Below, piece after piece: positions 37,287-45,318 of a DNA stretch of 64,000 nt. The DNA lies in the NCBI GenBank assembly GCA_019119555.1, contig DWWU01000034.1:11032-75031 (forward strand), read 5' to 3'. Both the position numbers and the translations under genes were made by a program. Source of the DNA: Candidatus Fusicatenibacter intestinigallinarum (lineage in GTDB: Bacteria > Bacillota > Clostridia > Lachnospirales > Lachnospiraceae). Under the pieces are notes generated by a model. The model saw only the letters and a list, made by a program, of their open reading frames with translations. It was not told the origin of the DNA and ran no database searches. Positions within the stretch are counted from its first letter, which is position 1, and the number at the start of each line of letters is the position of its first letter.

Positions 37287-38528
37287 ATGTCAACACCAAC
37301 CTATGAACAAATCTATACCACATTGAAAGAACAGGATCAGCTGCATCTGCTGAAATATTACAATGAACTGACTCCGGACCGGCAGGCGTCCCTGCTGGAG
37401 CAGATCAGCACAATCGACTGGAACCTGATCCATATGGCAGGTCAGAAGCCGGCCTCCGACGAAAAGGCCGGAAAACAAATCGAACCCCTCGGCGCGATGG
37501 AACTGACGGAAATCGAAAAGCGCCATGACGAATTTGAAGCGATCGGCCTGGAAGCTCTGCGCGCGCAGAAAACAGGCGCCGTTCTTCTCGCAGGCGGCCA
37601 GGGAACCCGTCTCGGCTTCGACAAACCGAAAGGAATGTTTAACATCGGAGTCACCAGACCGCTGTATATCTTTGAATGTCTGATCAACAATCTGATGGAC
37701 GTTGTAAAGCAGGCCGGCACCTGGATTCCTCTGTACATTATGACCAGCAGAAAAAATCACGAGGAGACAACCTCTTTTTTCCGGGAACACAACTATTTTG
37801 GCTACAATCCGGAGGAAATCCGTTTCTTCCAGCAGGATATGGCTCCCTCTGTCGGTTATGACGGAAAGGTGCTTCTGGAAGCCAAAGACCGAATCAGTAT
37901 GTCTCCCAACGGCAACGGCGGATGGTTCTCTTCCCTGTGCCGCGCAGGATACCTGAAAGAAATGCAGGAGCGGGGGATCGAATGGCTCTCTGTCTTCTCC
38001 GTGGACAATGTCCTGCAGCGCATCAATGATCCAGTCTATGTAGGCGCCGTCATCTCTTCCGGCTGCGACTGCGGCGGAAAGGTGGTCCGGAAAGCTTCCC
38101 CGAACGAGCGCGTGGGCGTGCTCTGCAGGGAGAGCGGAAAACCGGCAATTGTCGAATATTATGAAATGACCGACGATATGCGCAGTCTCCGGGATGAAAA
38201 CGGAAATCTTCTGTACAACTTCGGCGTCACGTTAAACTACCTGTTCCGCCTGAAACGCCTGGAAGAAATCCGCGAGAAGAAACTGCCGGTCCATATTGTG
38301 GAGAAGAAAATTCCCTATATCGATGAAAATGGAAACGAAGTGAAACCGGAAGCTCCCAACGGCTATAAATTCGAAGATCTGGTTCTCGACATGATCCACA
38401 TGATGGACAGCTGTCTGCCCTATGAGATTGTGAGAGAGAAAGAATTCGCTCCTGTCAAGAACAGAGAGGGCGTGGACTCCGTAGATACCGCCAGAGAACT
38501 TCTGACCAAAAACGGCGTTCAGATCTGA
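37287..38528 (+). CDS. UDPGP-type (eukaryote-like UAP) UDP-N-acetylhexosamine pyrophosphorylase
   Basis: LAGGQGTRLG..PKG, PNGNGG, SVDN, IVEYYE, PNGYKFE, EFAPVKN. Confidence 0.88.
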   Translation: MSTPTYEQIYTTLKEQDQLHLLKYYNELTPDRQASLLEQISTIDWNLIHMAGQKPASDEKAGKQIEPLGAMELTEIEKRHDEFEAIGLEALRAQKTGAVLLAGGQGTRLGFDKPKGMFNIGVTRPLYIFECLINNLMDVVKQAGTWIPLYIMTSRKNHEETTSFFREHNYFGYNPEEIRFFQQDMAPSVGYDGKVLLEAKDRISMSPNGNGGWFSSLCRAGYLKEMQERGIEWLSVFSVDNVLQRINDPVYVGAVISSGCDCGGKVVRKASPNERVGVLCRESGKPAIVEYYEMTDDMRSLRDENGNLLYNFGVTLNYLFRLKRLEEIREKKLPVHIVEKKIPYIDENGNEVKPEAPNGYKFEDLVLDMIHMMDSCLPYEIVREKEFAPVKNREGVDSVDTARELLTKNGVQI

Positions 38529-38545
38529 AAATCCGAAAAACTGTA

Positions 38546-38573
38546 GTTACTGTTCCGCCGGCGGAACGGTTGC
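38546..38573. repeat. REP-like palindrome
   Basis: GTTACTGTTCCGCCGGCGGAACGGTTGC. Confidence 0.7.
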
Positions 38574-38633
38574 AAAAAACCTGCCGCGGCGAAGCGCTGT
38601 ATTTCAACAGCCTTCTGCCGCGGCAGGTTTTTT
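38574..38633. terminator. Bidirectional terminator (pyrophosphorylase / yicI)
   Basis: AAAAAACCTGCCGCGGC...GCCGCGGCAGGTTTTTT. Confidence 0.85.
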
Positions 38634-38677
38634 CAGTTGGTTCCCGGTTACAGTTCAGCCGTTTCGCCGGCGGTCTG

Positions 38678-40990
38678 TTATATCTGTGTCTCTCCCGCCT
38701 TCAGAACCATCTCTTTTTTCTCATTTCCTTCGTAAATCTCCACGATAAGATCCGTATGGCTTCCCTCCACGGTAATCTGAAGCTGTCCGTCTTTCTTCAC
38801 AGCAGAAATCGTATTTACCGTATTTCCGAGAAGATCCGGAATTTTCGCTGTCATCCGGACGCCTTCCTTCGGCTGATAAATCCGGATCGTCGCGTTTGCA
38901 CTGTAGTCATAATCCGGACGTGTCTCGTCCTGTCCCATGACAAGGATGGAAGCTTCCCTCACATACAGCGGCATGGAGAAATAATCATAAGTTCCCTGAT
39001 ACCATCTGCCGCCTTCCCTGCACTGTCCGGTCAGCAGATCGGTCCACGTTCCCTCCGGAAGATAGTACTCCGCCACATGATCCTCACGGAATACCGGCGC
39101 GACCAGAAGCGCATCACCCAGCATATACTGCTGATCCAGATACCTTGCCGCCGGATCCTGCGGATATTCAAATACCATCGGACGCATCACCGGGATGCCT
39201 TCCTCATGGGCTTCCACAGATTTCTGGTAGACATACGGCATCAGCCGACATTTCAGATTCGTGAAGAATCTGACAACTTCGCTGGCCTCATCGTCAAATA
39301 CCCACGGCACACGGTAACTCTGAGAACCATGCAGACGGCTGTGGGTGGACATCAGGCCGAACGCCGCCCATCTCTTGTACAGATCCGGCGTCGCCGTGTT
39401 CTCAAATCCGGAGATATCATGGCTCCAGAAAGAAAAGCCGCTCATCGCGAAAGAAAGCCCACCGCGCAGGGTCTCTGCCATAGACGGATAATTTGCAGAG
39501 CAGTCGCCGCCCCAGTGAACCGGGAATTTCTGTCCGCCGACTGTCGCGCTTCTCGCAAACAGCACCGCCTCATTTTTGCCGCGGTTTTTCTCCAGAAGCT
39601 CAAACACCGCCTTGTTATAGAGATATGTATAGAAATTATGCATTGCCTGCGGATCACTGCCGTCATGGTAGACCACATCCACCGGAATGCGCTCGCCGAA
39701 ATCTGTCTTGAAGCAGTCTACACCGCAGTCCAGAAGCGTCTGCAGCTTGTCGGTATACCATTTCACAGCATCCGGATTCGTGAAATCCACAAGCCCCATG
39801 CCTGCCTGCCAGTTATCCGTCTGCCATACACCGCGTCCGTCCGCGCGCTTCAGGAGATATCCGTTTTTCACACCCTCCCGGAAAAACTCTGTTCCCTGGG
39901 CAATGTACGGGTTGATCCACACGCAGATATGCAGTCCCTTGTCATGATATTTTTTCAGGGTCGCGCGGATATCCGGGAAACACTTCTTGTCCCACTCAAA
40001 ATCACACCAGTGAAACTCATGCATCCAGAAGCAGTCAAAATGGAACACGCTGAGCGGAATCTCTCTCTCCTCCATGCCCTCGATGAAAGAGGTCGTCGTC
40101 TCCTCGTCGTAATTGGTCGTAAAAGAGGTAGACAGCCAGAGTCCGAAGGACCACGCCGGAGGCAGCGCCGGGCGGCCGGTCAGCTTCGTATATTCTCTCA
40201 TAACATCCTTCGGGTCCGGTCCGTGGAACAGATAGTATTTGATTCTCTCGCCCGGAACAGAAAATCCTACGTACTCAACCTTCTCGCTGGCAACCTCAAA
40301 AGATACCCGGTCCGTGCTGTCCACGAGAACGCCATACCCGTTATTCGTCATATAGAACGGCACGCACTTATAGGAAACCTGGGAGGCCGTGCCTCCGTCC
40401 TCATTCCAGGTATCCACCGTCTGCCCGTTTTTGACAAAGGCTGTAAACCGCTCGCCAAGACCGTATACACACTCGCCCACCTGCAGGGACAGCTCGCTGA
40501 CCATATACGGCTCATACTCCTCGCACATATAGTTGTTTGCCGGAAGCATTGTACTCTCCTTGCGGTTCCATCTCATATAGCCGAGATTACGGAATCCGCT
40601 GCCGGTCAGAACTTTTCCGTCCGCCTCAAATGTATAGGCAAAATTCTCTCTCTGCACGCGAACCTGTACCTTTCCCGTGTCCAGAACCGCCTCAGCCTCA
40701 TCTACGGTCACACGGACATTTTCATAGATTCCCTCTTCCTTCTCAAAGCTGGGAACGCCGTTGTCATATGCCTCATAATGCCATGCCTCCATGGAAATCG
40801 TATCCGGCGTATGCGCCACAAACTCAATGGTAATCGTCGGCAGATTCAGCGTTGCCCCACGGCTCTCGATCTTTTTCGTCGTCGCCAGAATCCTCATACC
40901 TCCCGGAATCTTTTCCACTTCATACGCCTGCATTGCGTAGGATGCATTCGCCTTCTCGCTTGGCAGCCAGTAACCTTCCGTAAATTTCAT
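38678..40990 (-). CDS. yicI: Alpha-xylosidase, GH31
   Basis: MKFTEGYW, FHFDCFWM, FKTDFGERIP, HWGGD, WSHDISGF, SRLHGS. Confidence 0.93.
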   Translation of the reverse strand: MKFTEGYWLPSEKANASYAMQAYEVEKIPGGMRILATTKKIESRGATLNLPTITIEFVAHTPDTISMEAWHYEAYDNGVPSFEKEEGIYENVRVTVDEAEAVLDTGKVQVRVQRENFAYTFEADGKVLTGSGFRNLGYMRWNRKESTMLPANNYMCEEYEPYMVSELSLQVGECVYGLGERFTAFVKNGQTVDTWNEDGGTASQVSYKCVPFYMTNNGYGVLVDSTDRVSFEVASEKVEYVGFSVPGERIKYYLFHGPDPKDVMREYTKLTGRPALPPAWSFGLWLSTSFTTNYDEETTTSFIEGMEEREIPLSVFHFDCFWMHEFHWCDFEWDKKCFPDIRATLKKYHDKGLHICVWINPYIAQGTEFFREGVKNGYLLKRADGRGVWQTDNWQAGMGLVDFTNPDAVKWYTDKLQTLLDCGVDCFKTDFGERIPVDVVYHDGSDPQAMHNFYTYLYNKAVFELLEKNRGKNEAVLFARSATVGGQKFPVHWGGDCSANYPSMAETLRGGLSFAMSGFSFWSHDISGFENTATPDLYKRWAAFGLMSTHSRLHGSQSYRVPWVFDDEASEVVRFFTNLKCRLMPYVYQKSVEAHEEGIPVMRPMVFEYPQDPAARYLDQQYMLGDALLVAPVFREDHVAEYYLPEGTWTDLLTGQCREGGRWYQGTYDYFSMPLYVREASILVMGQDETRPDYDYSANATIRIYQPKEGVRMTAKIPDLLGNTVNTISAVKKDGQLQITVEGSHTDLIVEIYEGNEKKEMVLKAGETQI

Positions 40991-41170
40991 ACGATATTCT
41001 CCTTTCACACCGATGTCTCTGTCTTTCCTCAGCAGCGGTTCAGCATCCTGAACGGCCGCTTTTCCGATACTCCAAATGTATCACATTTCTCGCTGTGAAA
41101 ACAGGTCGTATCCTGTGAAAAAATACGTCGATATTATCTTTCTGAACATTCCGCCTCATGGCTTCGCCAG

Positions 41171-42535
41171 TTATCCGTTCCCTTCCCCGTTCAATACTTT
41201 ATAAAGCAGATCCGCAAACGGTTCCATCGCATTTTTTGCCTCCTCCACCGTGTTCGTCTGCGCGCCCACCTCCAGCAGCAGCGACCGGGGTCTCAGGTGC
41301 AGATTGTACCGGTAGCCTTTCAGATAAATGCACCGGGTGTAGCCGGGATAATACTGCTTCGCCAGATATTCCAGCTGAAACGAGAAGGCCAGATTATCCT
41401 GAATATACGGATTCGGGAGATAGGAGATTTCCCCGTTCTGATTGGTTCTGCTCAGTCCGTTGAAAAACATCACCTGAGCCGTCTGTTTCCCGTTCACCTC
41501 CGTAACCAGATGCTTGGACGCATCCACGCCATCCCTGTGCAGGTCAATCACGATCTCTATCGTCGGATGCTCCTGCAAAGCCTGGCTGATCACCGGCTCG
41601 GCATAATTATAGGCGGCGCTGCGGTCCAGCTGACCATCCACAATGTCGAACGTGTCCGTAATATGCAGGACCTGGTACCCATACCGTTCCTGCAATAGTT
41701 CCGCAAGATAATCGCCGACTCCGATCACTGTGGTGGAGGTATCTCCCTCTACAGAATTCGCAAACCCCTCCTGGGAATGCGTGTGGTAAATAAGAATCTG
41801 AGGATTTTCCGGATCCTTTTCCAGCTTCATATCTTTTCCCAGCAGCGCCTCCGCGTTGATCTGGGATTCCAGCGCTGTCGTCGTCGGATCCACCACGAAA
41901 AAATTGTTCAGCAGATAGTTGAAATCCGCCAGCTGTTCTCTGGGAATCTCCACCTGTTTCTGAAGCGCCGTGCCCTCCGGGATCTGCGCCGCCTCCATGG
42001 CCTCGTCTGTCTGCGCCCCGCTGTCCGCTTCCGCCGTCTCACTGTTCGGTCCACCTTCCGGGCTGCTCTGACTTTCCTGATCCGTGCTCTGACCTTCCTG
42101 GTCTGTGCTCTGACCTTCCTGCGCCTGCTGATTCTCCTCTGTGACAGCCTGCGCCTGATTTTCTTCCTGGCTTTTCTGTGCGATCAGCTTCTCATTTTCC
42201 TCACGGATCGCCTCCGCGGTCTCGGAATCTTCTATGATGGCCTCCTCCCCGCAGTCCGTCTCCTGAAAAGACAGAATGGGAAACTGTTCTCTTACCGTCT
42301 GCAGAACCGCCGAAAACAAATCATCCGGCAGTTCCTCCTGCCCATAATCCATCCCGGGCAGAAACAATTCCGCTGCGCAGGCGCCCGCCTGGGCGTAGGC
42401 CTTTCCAAGAATCCTCCCGCCCTGACCGCCGCTCTTCTGCTCCCACATCGAATAGCATTTTCCTGCCAGATAAATCCCCACGAGAATCACACACAGGATC
42501 AGTATCCCGCGCACCTTCTTTTCCAGATCATTCAT
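41171..42535 (-). CDS. spoIIP: Stage II sporulation protein P
   Basis: ILIYHTHSQE, IDLHRDG, RYNLHL, LLEVG; follows gpr. Confidence 0.92.
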   Translation of the reverse strand: MNDLEKKVRGILILCVILVGIYLAGKCYSMWEQKSGGQGGRILGKAYAQAGACAAELFLPGMDYGQEELPDDLFSAVLQTVREQFPILSFQETDCGEEAIIEDSETAEAIREENEKLIAQKSQEENQAQAVTEENQQAQEGQSTDQEGQSTDQESQSSPEGGPNSETAEADSGAQTDEAMEAAQIPEGTALQKQVEIPREQLADFNYLLNNFFVVDPTTTALESQINAEALLGKDMKLEKDPENPQILIYHTHSQEGFANSVEGDTSTTVIGVGDYLAELLQERYGYQVLHITDTFDIVDGQLDRSAAYNYAEPVISQALQEHPTIEIVIDLHRDGVDASKHLVTEVNGKQTAQVMFFNGLSRTNQNGEISYLPNPYIQDNLAFSFQLEYLAKQYYPGYTRCIYLKGYRYNLHLRPRSLLLEVGAQTNTVEEAKNAMEPFADLLYKVLNGEGNG

Positions 42536-42581
42536 ATCATCACCTTTAACTATGATATGTCTGGTCTCGTCCGGAAAGACC

Positions 42582-43484
42582 TCAGGAAAAAGCCATATTC
42601 AGCCCTTCTGAGATAGTGAAGCTCAGACGCTTCACTGTCTCGTCAATATCCTTCGGCGTCACATACATGCTTGTCAGCGACGGGCTGATCAGTTCCGACA
42701 AAAATTCATCCATCTCCGATTCCTCCAGAGATTCCAGAAGCTCCGCCACCGCGTCATGAAGGATCGTCGCCGCATCCACGACCGTCGGAACTCCGATACC
42801 GATCACAGGAATCTTCATTGTCTCCCGATTCAGTCCCGTTCTGTAATTTCCCACGCCGGAGCCCGGACTGATTCCGGTATCCGTCAGCTGTATTGTACAG
42901 TTCAGACGGCGGATGCTTCTCGCAGCAAGCGCGTCGATGACCACCAGAACATCCGGTTTCGTCTCAGCAATCACTCCCTGGACAATTTCCTGCGTCTCCA
43001 TCCCGGTCTGAGCCATCACCCCGGGAACCAGCGCGCTGACCCGGATCACGTGCTCCTCTCCCATTGCCGCCACGCCGTACTCGTTGACAATATGCCTGGT
43101 GATCTGGAGATTATCCACAACCATCGGACCAAGCGCATCCGCCGTAATGTCCCGGTTGCCAAGCCCCACCACCAGCACGGAACAGTCCTGATCCTTTGGC
43201 AGCATTTTTTTCAGACAGCGGGCAATCTCCTCCGAAATCTCCCGATGGTATTCATCGTCAGGCACCGCCAGATTGGGAGCTTCCATCGTCACATAAGTTC
43301 CCACAGGCTTTTCCATCAGCCTTGCCCCCTGCTCTGTCTCGATTTTTACCAGCGTTGTCCACAGATCCCGTCCTCTGTTATAGCGTTTTTTTATCTCCAC
43401 ACCCGGAATTTCCACCTGATCTTTTTCAAATTTTTCTCCGTTTTCCATCGCAAGATCTGTGCGGACTCTGAACCTTCCAATCAT
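42582..43484 (-). CDS. gpr: Germination protease GPR
   Basis: RTDLAME, LVVGLGN..ITADALGP, GVMAQTGMET, GVPTVVDA, VTPKDID. Confidence 0.95.
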   Translation of the reverse strand: MIGRFRVRTDLAMENGEKFEKDQVEIPGVEIKKRYNRGRDLWTTLVKIETEQGARLMEKPVGTYVTMEAPNLAVPDDEYHREISEEIARCLKKMLPKDQDCSVLVVGLGNRDITADALGPMVVDNLQITRHIVNEYGVAAMGEEHVIRVSALVPGVMAQTGMETQEIVQGVIAETKPDVLVVIDALAARSIRRLNCTIQLTDTGISPGSGVGNYRTGLNRETMKIPVIGIGVPTVVDAATILHDAVAELLESLEESEMDEFLSELISPSLTSMYVTPKDIDETVKRLSFTISEGLNMAFS

Positions 43485-43635
43485 AAGAATCTCCTTTCCC
43501 TTCTCACTCCGGCTGCCGCGCAGCAGCTCCGGTCTTTGTGCTGCCGCAGACCAACGGTAACTTCTGACATAAGCATTTCCATATAACTTTTTTTTACTCA
43601 CTTTTTGTTATAAATTATTCCGGCCGTCTGGAATC

Positions 43636-43663
43636 GTAACCGTTCAGCCAGCGGAACTGTTAT
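43636..43663. repeat. REP-like palindrome between gpr and holA
   Basis: GTAACCGTTCAGCCAGCGGAACTGTTAT followed by a decayed start of the long repeat. Confidence 0.75.
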
Positions 43664-43785
43664 GACATCCATTCATTGGAATTCGCAGATATTCCTTGTT
43701 TTGCATGAAAAAATAGCTTAGAATAAATGTACGGTTACAGTTACAACGATTACCGGTTACAAACTGTCCCCAAAGGAGCTTATTT

Positions 43786-44778
43786 ATGAAAAGTATCTTA
43801 GAAGATATAAAAAATCAGGATTATAAGAAAGTTTACCTGCTTTACGGAGATGAGGCTTATCTGAAGCAGCAGTACAAACACAGGCTGCTCCAGGCGCTGG
43901 TTTCCGAAGAAGACACAATGAATTTTTCCCGCTTTGAGGGAAAAGGCATCAATGTACGCGAGGTGATCGATCTTGCGGAGACAATGCCGTTTTTCTCTGA
44001 CCGCCGTGTGATTCTGATGGAAAACACAGGTTTTTTCAAAACCAAGTCCGAGGAGCTGGCGGAATACATGTCCACGCTCCCGGACTATATCTGTTTTCTC
44101 TTTGTGGAAGATGAAATTGACAAGAGAAACCGTATGTACAAGGCCGTTCAGAAATACGGGCGAGCGGTGGAATTTTCCACCCAGGACGAAAAAACGCTGA
44201 TGACCTGGGTGCTCAGCATACTGAAAAAGGAAAACAAAAAGATTACCCGTCCGGATATGGAGCTTTTTCTTGGAAAAACCGGAACGGATATGGGAAATAT
44301 TGAAAAGGAGCTGGACAAACTGCTGGCCTATACCATGGGGAGGGAAGTGATCACCTCCTCCGATATCGAGGCCGTATGCACCACACAGATCACGAATCGG
44401 ATTTTTGACATGATCCGGGCAGTCACGGAAAAGCGGCAGCGCAGAGCGCTGGATCTGTACTATGATCTCCTCGCGCTCAAAGAACCTCCCATGAGAATTC
44501 TCTTCCTTCTCGCAAGACAGTTTAATCTGCTCCTGCAGGTGAAAGAACTGGCGGCGGAAGGCTGCGACCAGTCAACCATTGCCAAGCGCACCGGTCTCCA
44601 GAGTTTTGTGGTGAGAAATTATCTGCCAATGGCGCGGAAATACGAACGGGACGCTCTGAAGAAAGCGGTGGAGGACTGTGTAGACACAGAAGAAGCGGTG
44701 AAGACAGGGCGTCTGACGGATGTGATGAGCGTGGAACTGCTGATTATCCGGTACAGCTGCAACCGTTCAGACAGCTGA
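43786..44778 (+). CDS. holA: DNA polymerase III delta subunit
   Basis: VYLLYGDEAYL, AETMPFFSDRRVI, KELDKL, VKTG. Confidence 0.92.
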   Translation: MKSILEDIKNQDYKKVYLLYGDEAYLKQQYKHRLLQALVSEEDTMNFSRFEGKGINVREVIDLAETMPFFSDRRVILMENTGFFKTKSEELAEYMSTLPDYICFLFVEDEIDKRNRMYKAVQKYGRAVEFSTQDEKTLMTWVLSILKKENKKITRPDMELFLGKTGTDMGNIEKELDKLLAYTMGREVITSSDIEAVCTTQITNRIFDMIRAVTEKRQRRALDLYYDLLALKEPPMRILFLLARQFNLLLQVKELAAEGCDQSTIAKRTGLQSFVVRNYLPMARKYERDALKKAVEDCVDTEEAVKTGRLTDVMSVELLIIRYSCNRSDS

Positions 44779-44799
44779 ACGGCTACGCATCCGGCCATG
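44759..44799. repeat. REP-like palindrome forming the holA 3' end
   Basis: GCAACCGTTCAGACAGCTGAACGGCTAC followed by GCATCCGGCCATG. Confidence 0.8.
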
Positions 44800-44801
44800 A
44801 A

Positions 44802-44848
44802 AAGGAAAAACTCCCGGCCACATGACGGTATAGCCGGGAGTTTTCCTT
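44802..44848. terminator. Bidirectional terminator (holA / rpsT)
   Basis: AAGGAAAAACTCCCGGC...GCCGGGAGTTTTCCTT. Confidence 0.8.
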
Positions 44849-44858
44849 TATGATTTAT

Positions 44859-45122
44859 TTATGCGATTGAGTTTACAGCTTTGCTCAGGCGGGAAACCTT
44901 TCTTGCAGCGTTGTTCTTGTGATAAACGCCTTTCGAAGCAGCCTTGCTGATCGTAGAAATCGCATCTGTCAATGCGGCATTTGCTGCTGCCTTGTCGTTC
45001 GCAGCCACTGCAGCCTCTACCTTTTTCATAGAAGTCTTAACTGCGGAACGGATGGATTTGTTGCGCGCAGCCTTTGTCTGATTTACAAGGATTCTTTTCT
45101 TTGCGGATTTAATGTTAGCCAA
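44859..45122 (-). CDS. rpsT: 30S ribosomal protein S20
   Basis: TTG start after GGAGG; ANIKSAKKR...KGVYHKNNAARKVSRL. Confidence 0.97.
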   Translation of the reverse strand: MANIKSAKKRILVNQTKAARNKSIRSAVKTSMKKVEAAVAANDKAAANAALTDAISTISKAASKGVYHKNNAARKVSRLSKAVNSIA

Positions 45123-45222
45123 ACTGTACACCTCCAAACTAAATTTTCATTTGATCTTTTTCTGAATTCGAGTTCTGTGTTTCGGGAACAGACACGGGCG
45201 TTCCTTCGAAACATGCTTTATT

Positions 45223-45251
45223 ATTTTATGATATCCGCGGGCGTTTGTCAA
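45223..45251 (-). promoter_or_regulatory. rpsT sigma-A promoter
   Basis: TTGACA-N17-TAAAAT. Confidence 0.8.
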
Positions 45252-45295
45252 GAGTTTTATTCCCGCCAATCCAAAATAATGGGTAATAATACAGC

Positions 45296-45318
45296 AATTC
45301 AGCCCGCTGAACGGTTAC
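45296..45318. repeat. REP-like palindrome forming the comEC 3' end
   Basis: Minus strand GTAACCGTTCAGCGGGCTGAATT. Confidence 0.75.

Noticed and set aside
38570-41098. 842-aa plus-strand ORF, and similar long ORFs at 47734-49590, 27567-29207, 52252-53643, 54589-56064 and 62281-63507
   Set aside because: They lie antisense to well-supported genes and have no recognisable motifs; shadow ORFs caused by codon bias.
42062-42122. 21-bp tandem repeats (QEGQSTD) in spoIIP
   Set aside because: Ordinary low-complexity linker expansion, in frame.
42552-42580. Sigma-E-like promoter (CATATCAT) before spoIIP
   Set aside because: Plausible from known biology, but the -35 match is too weak to call from sequence alone.
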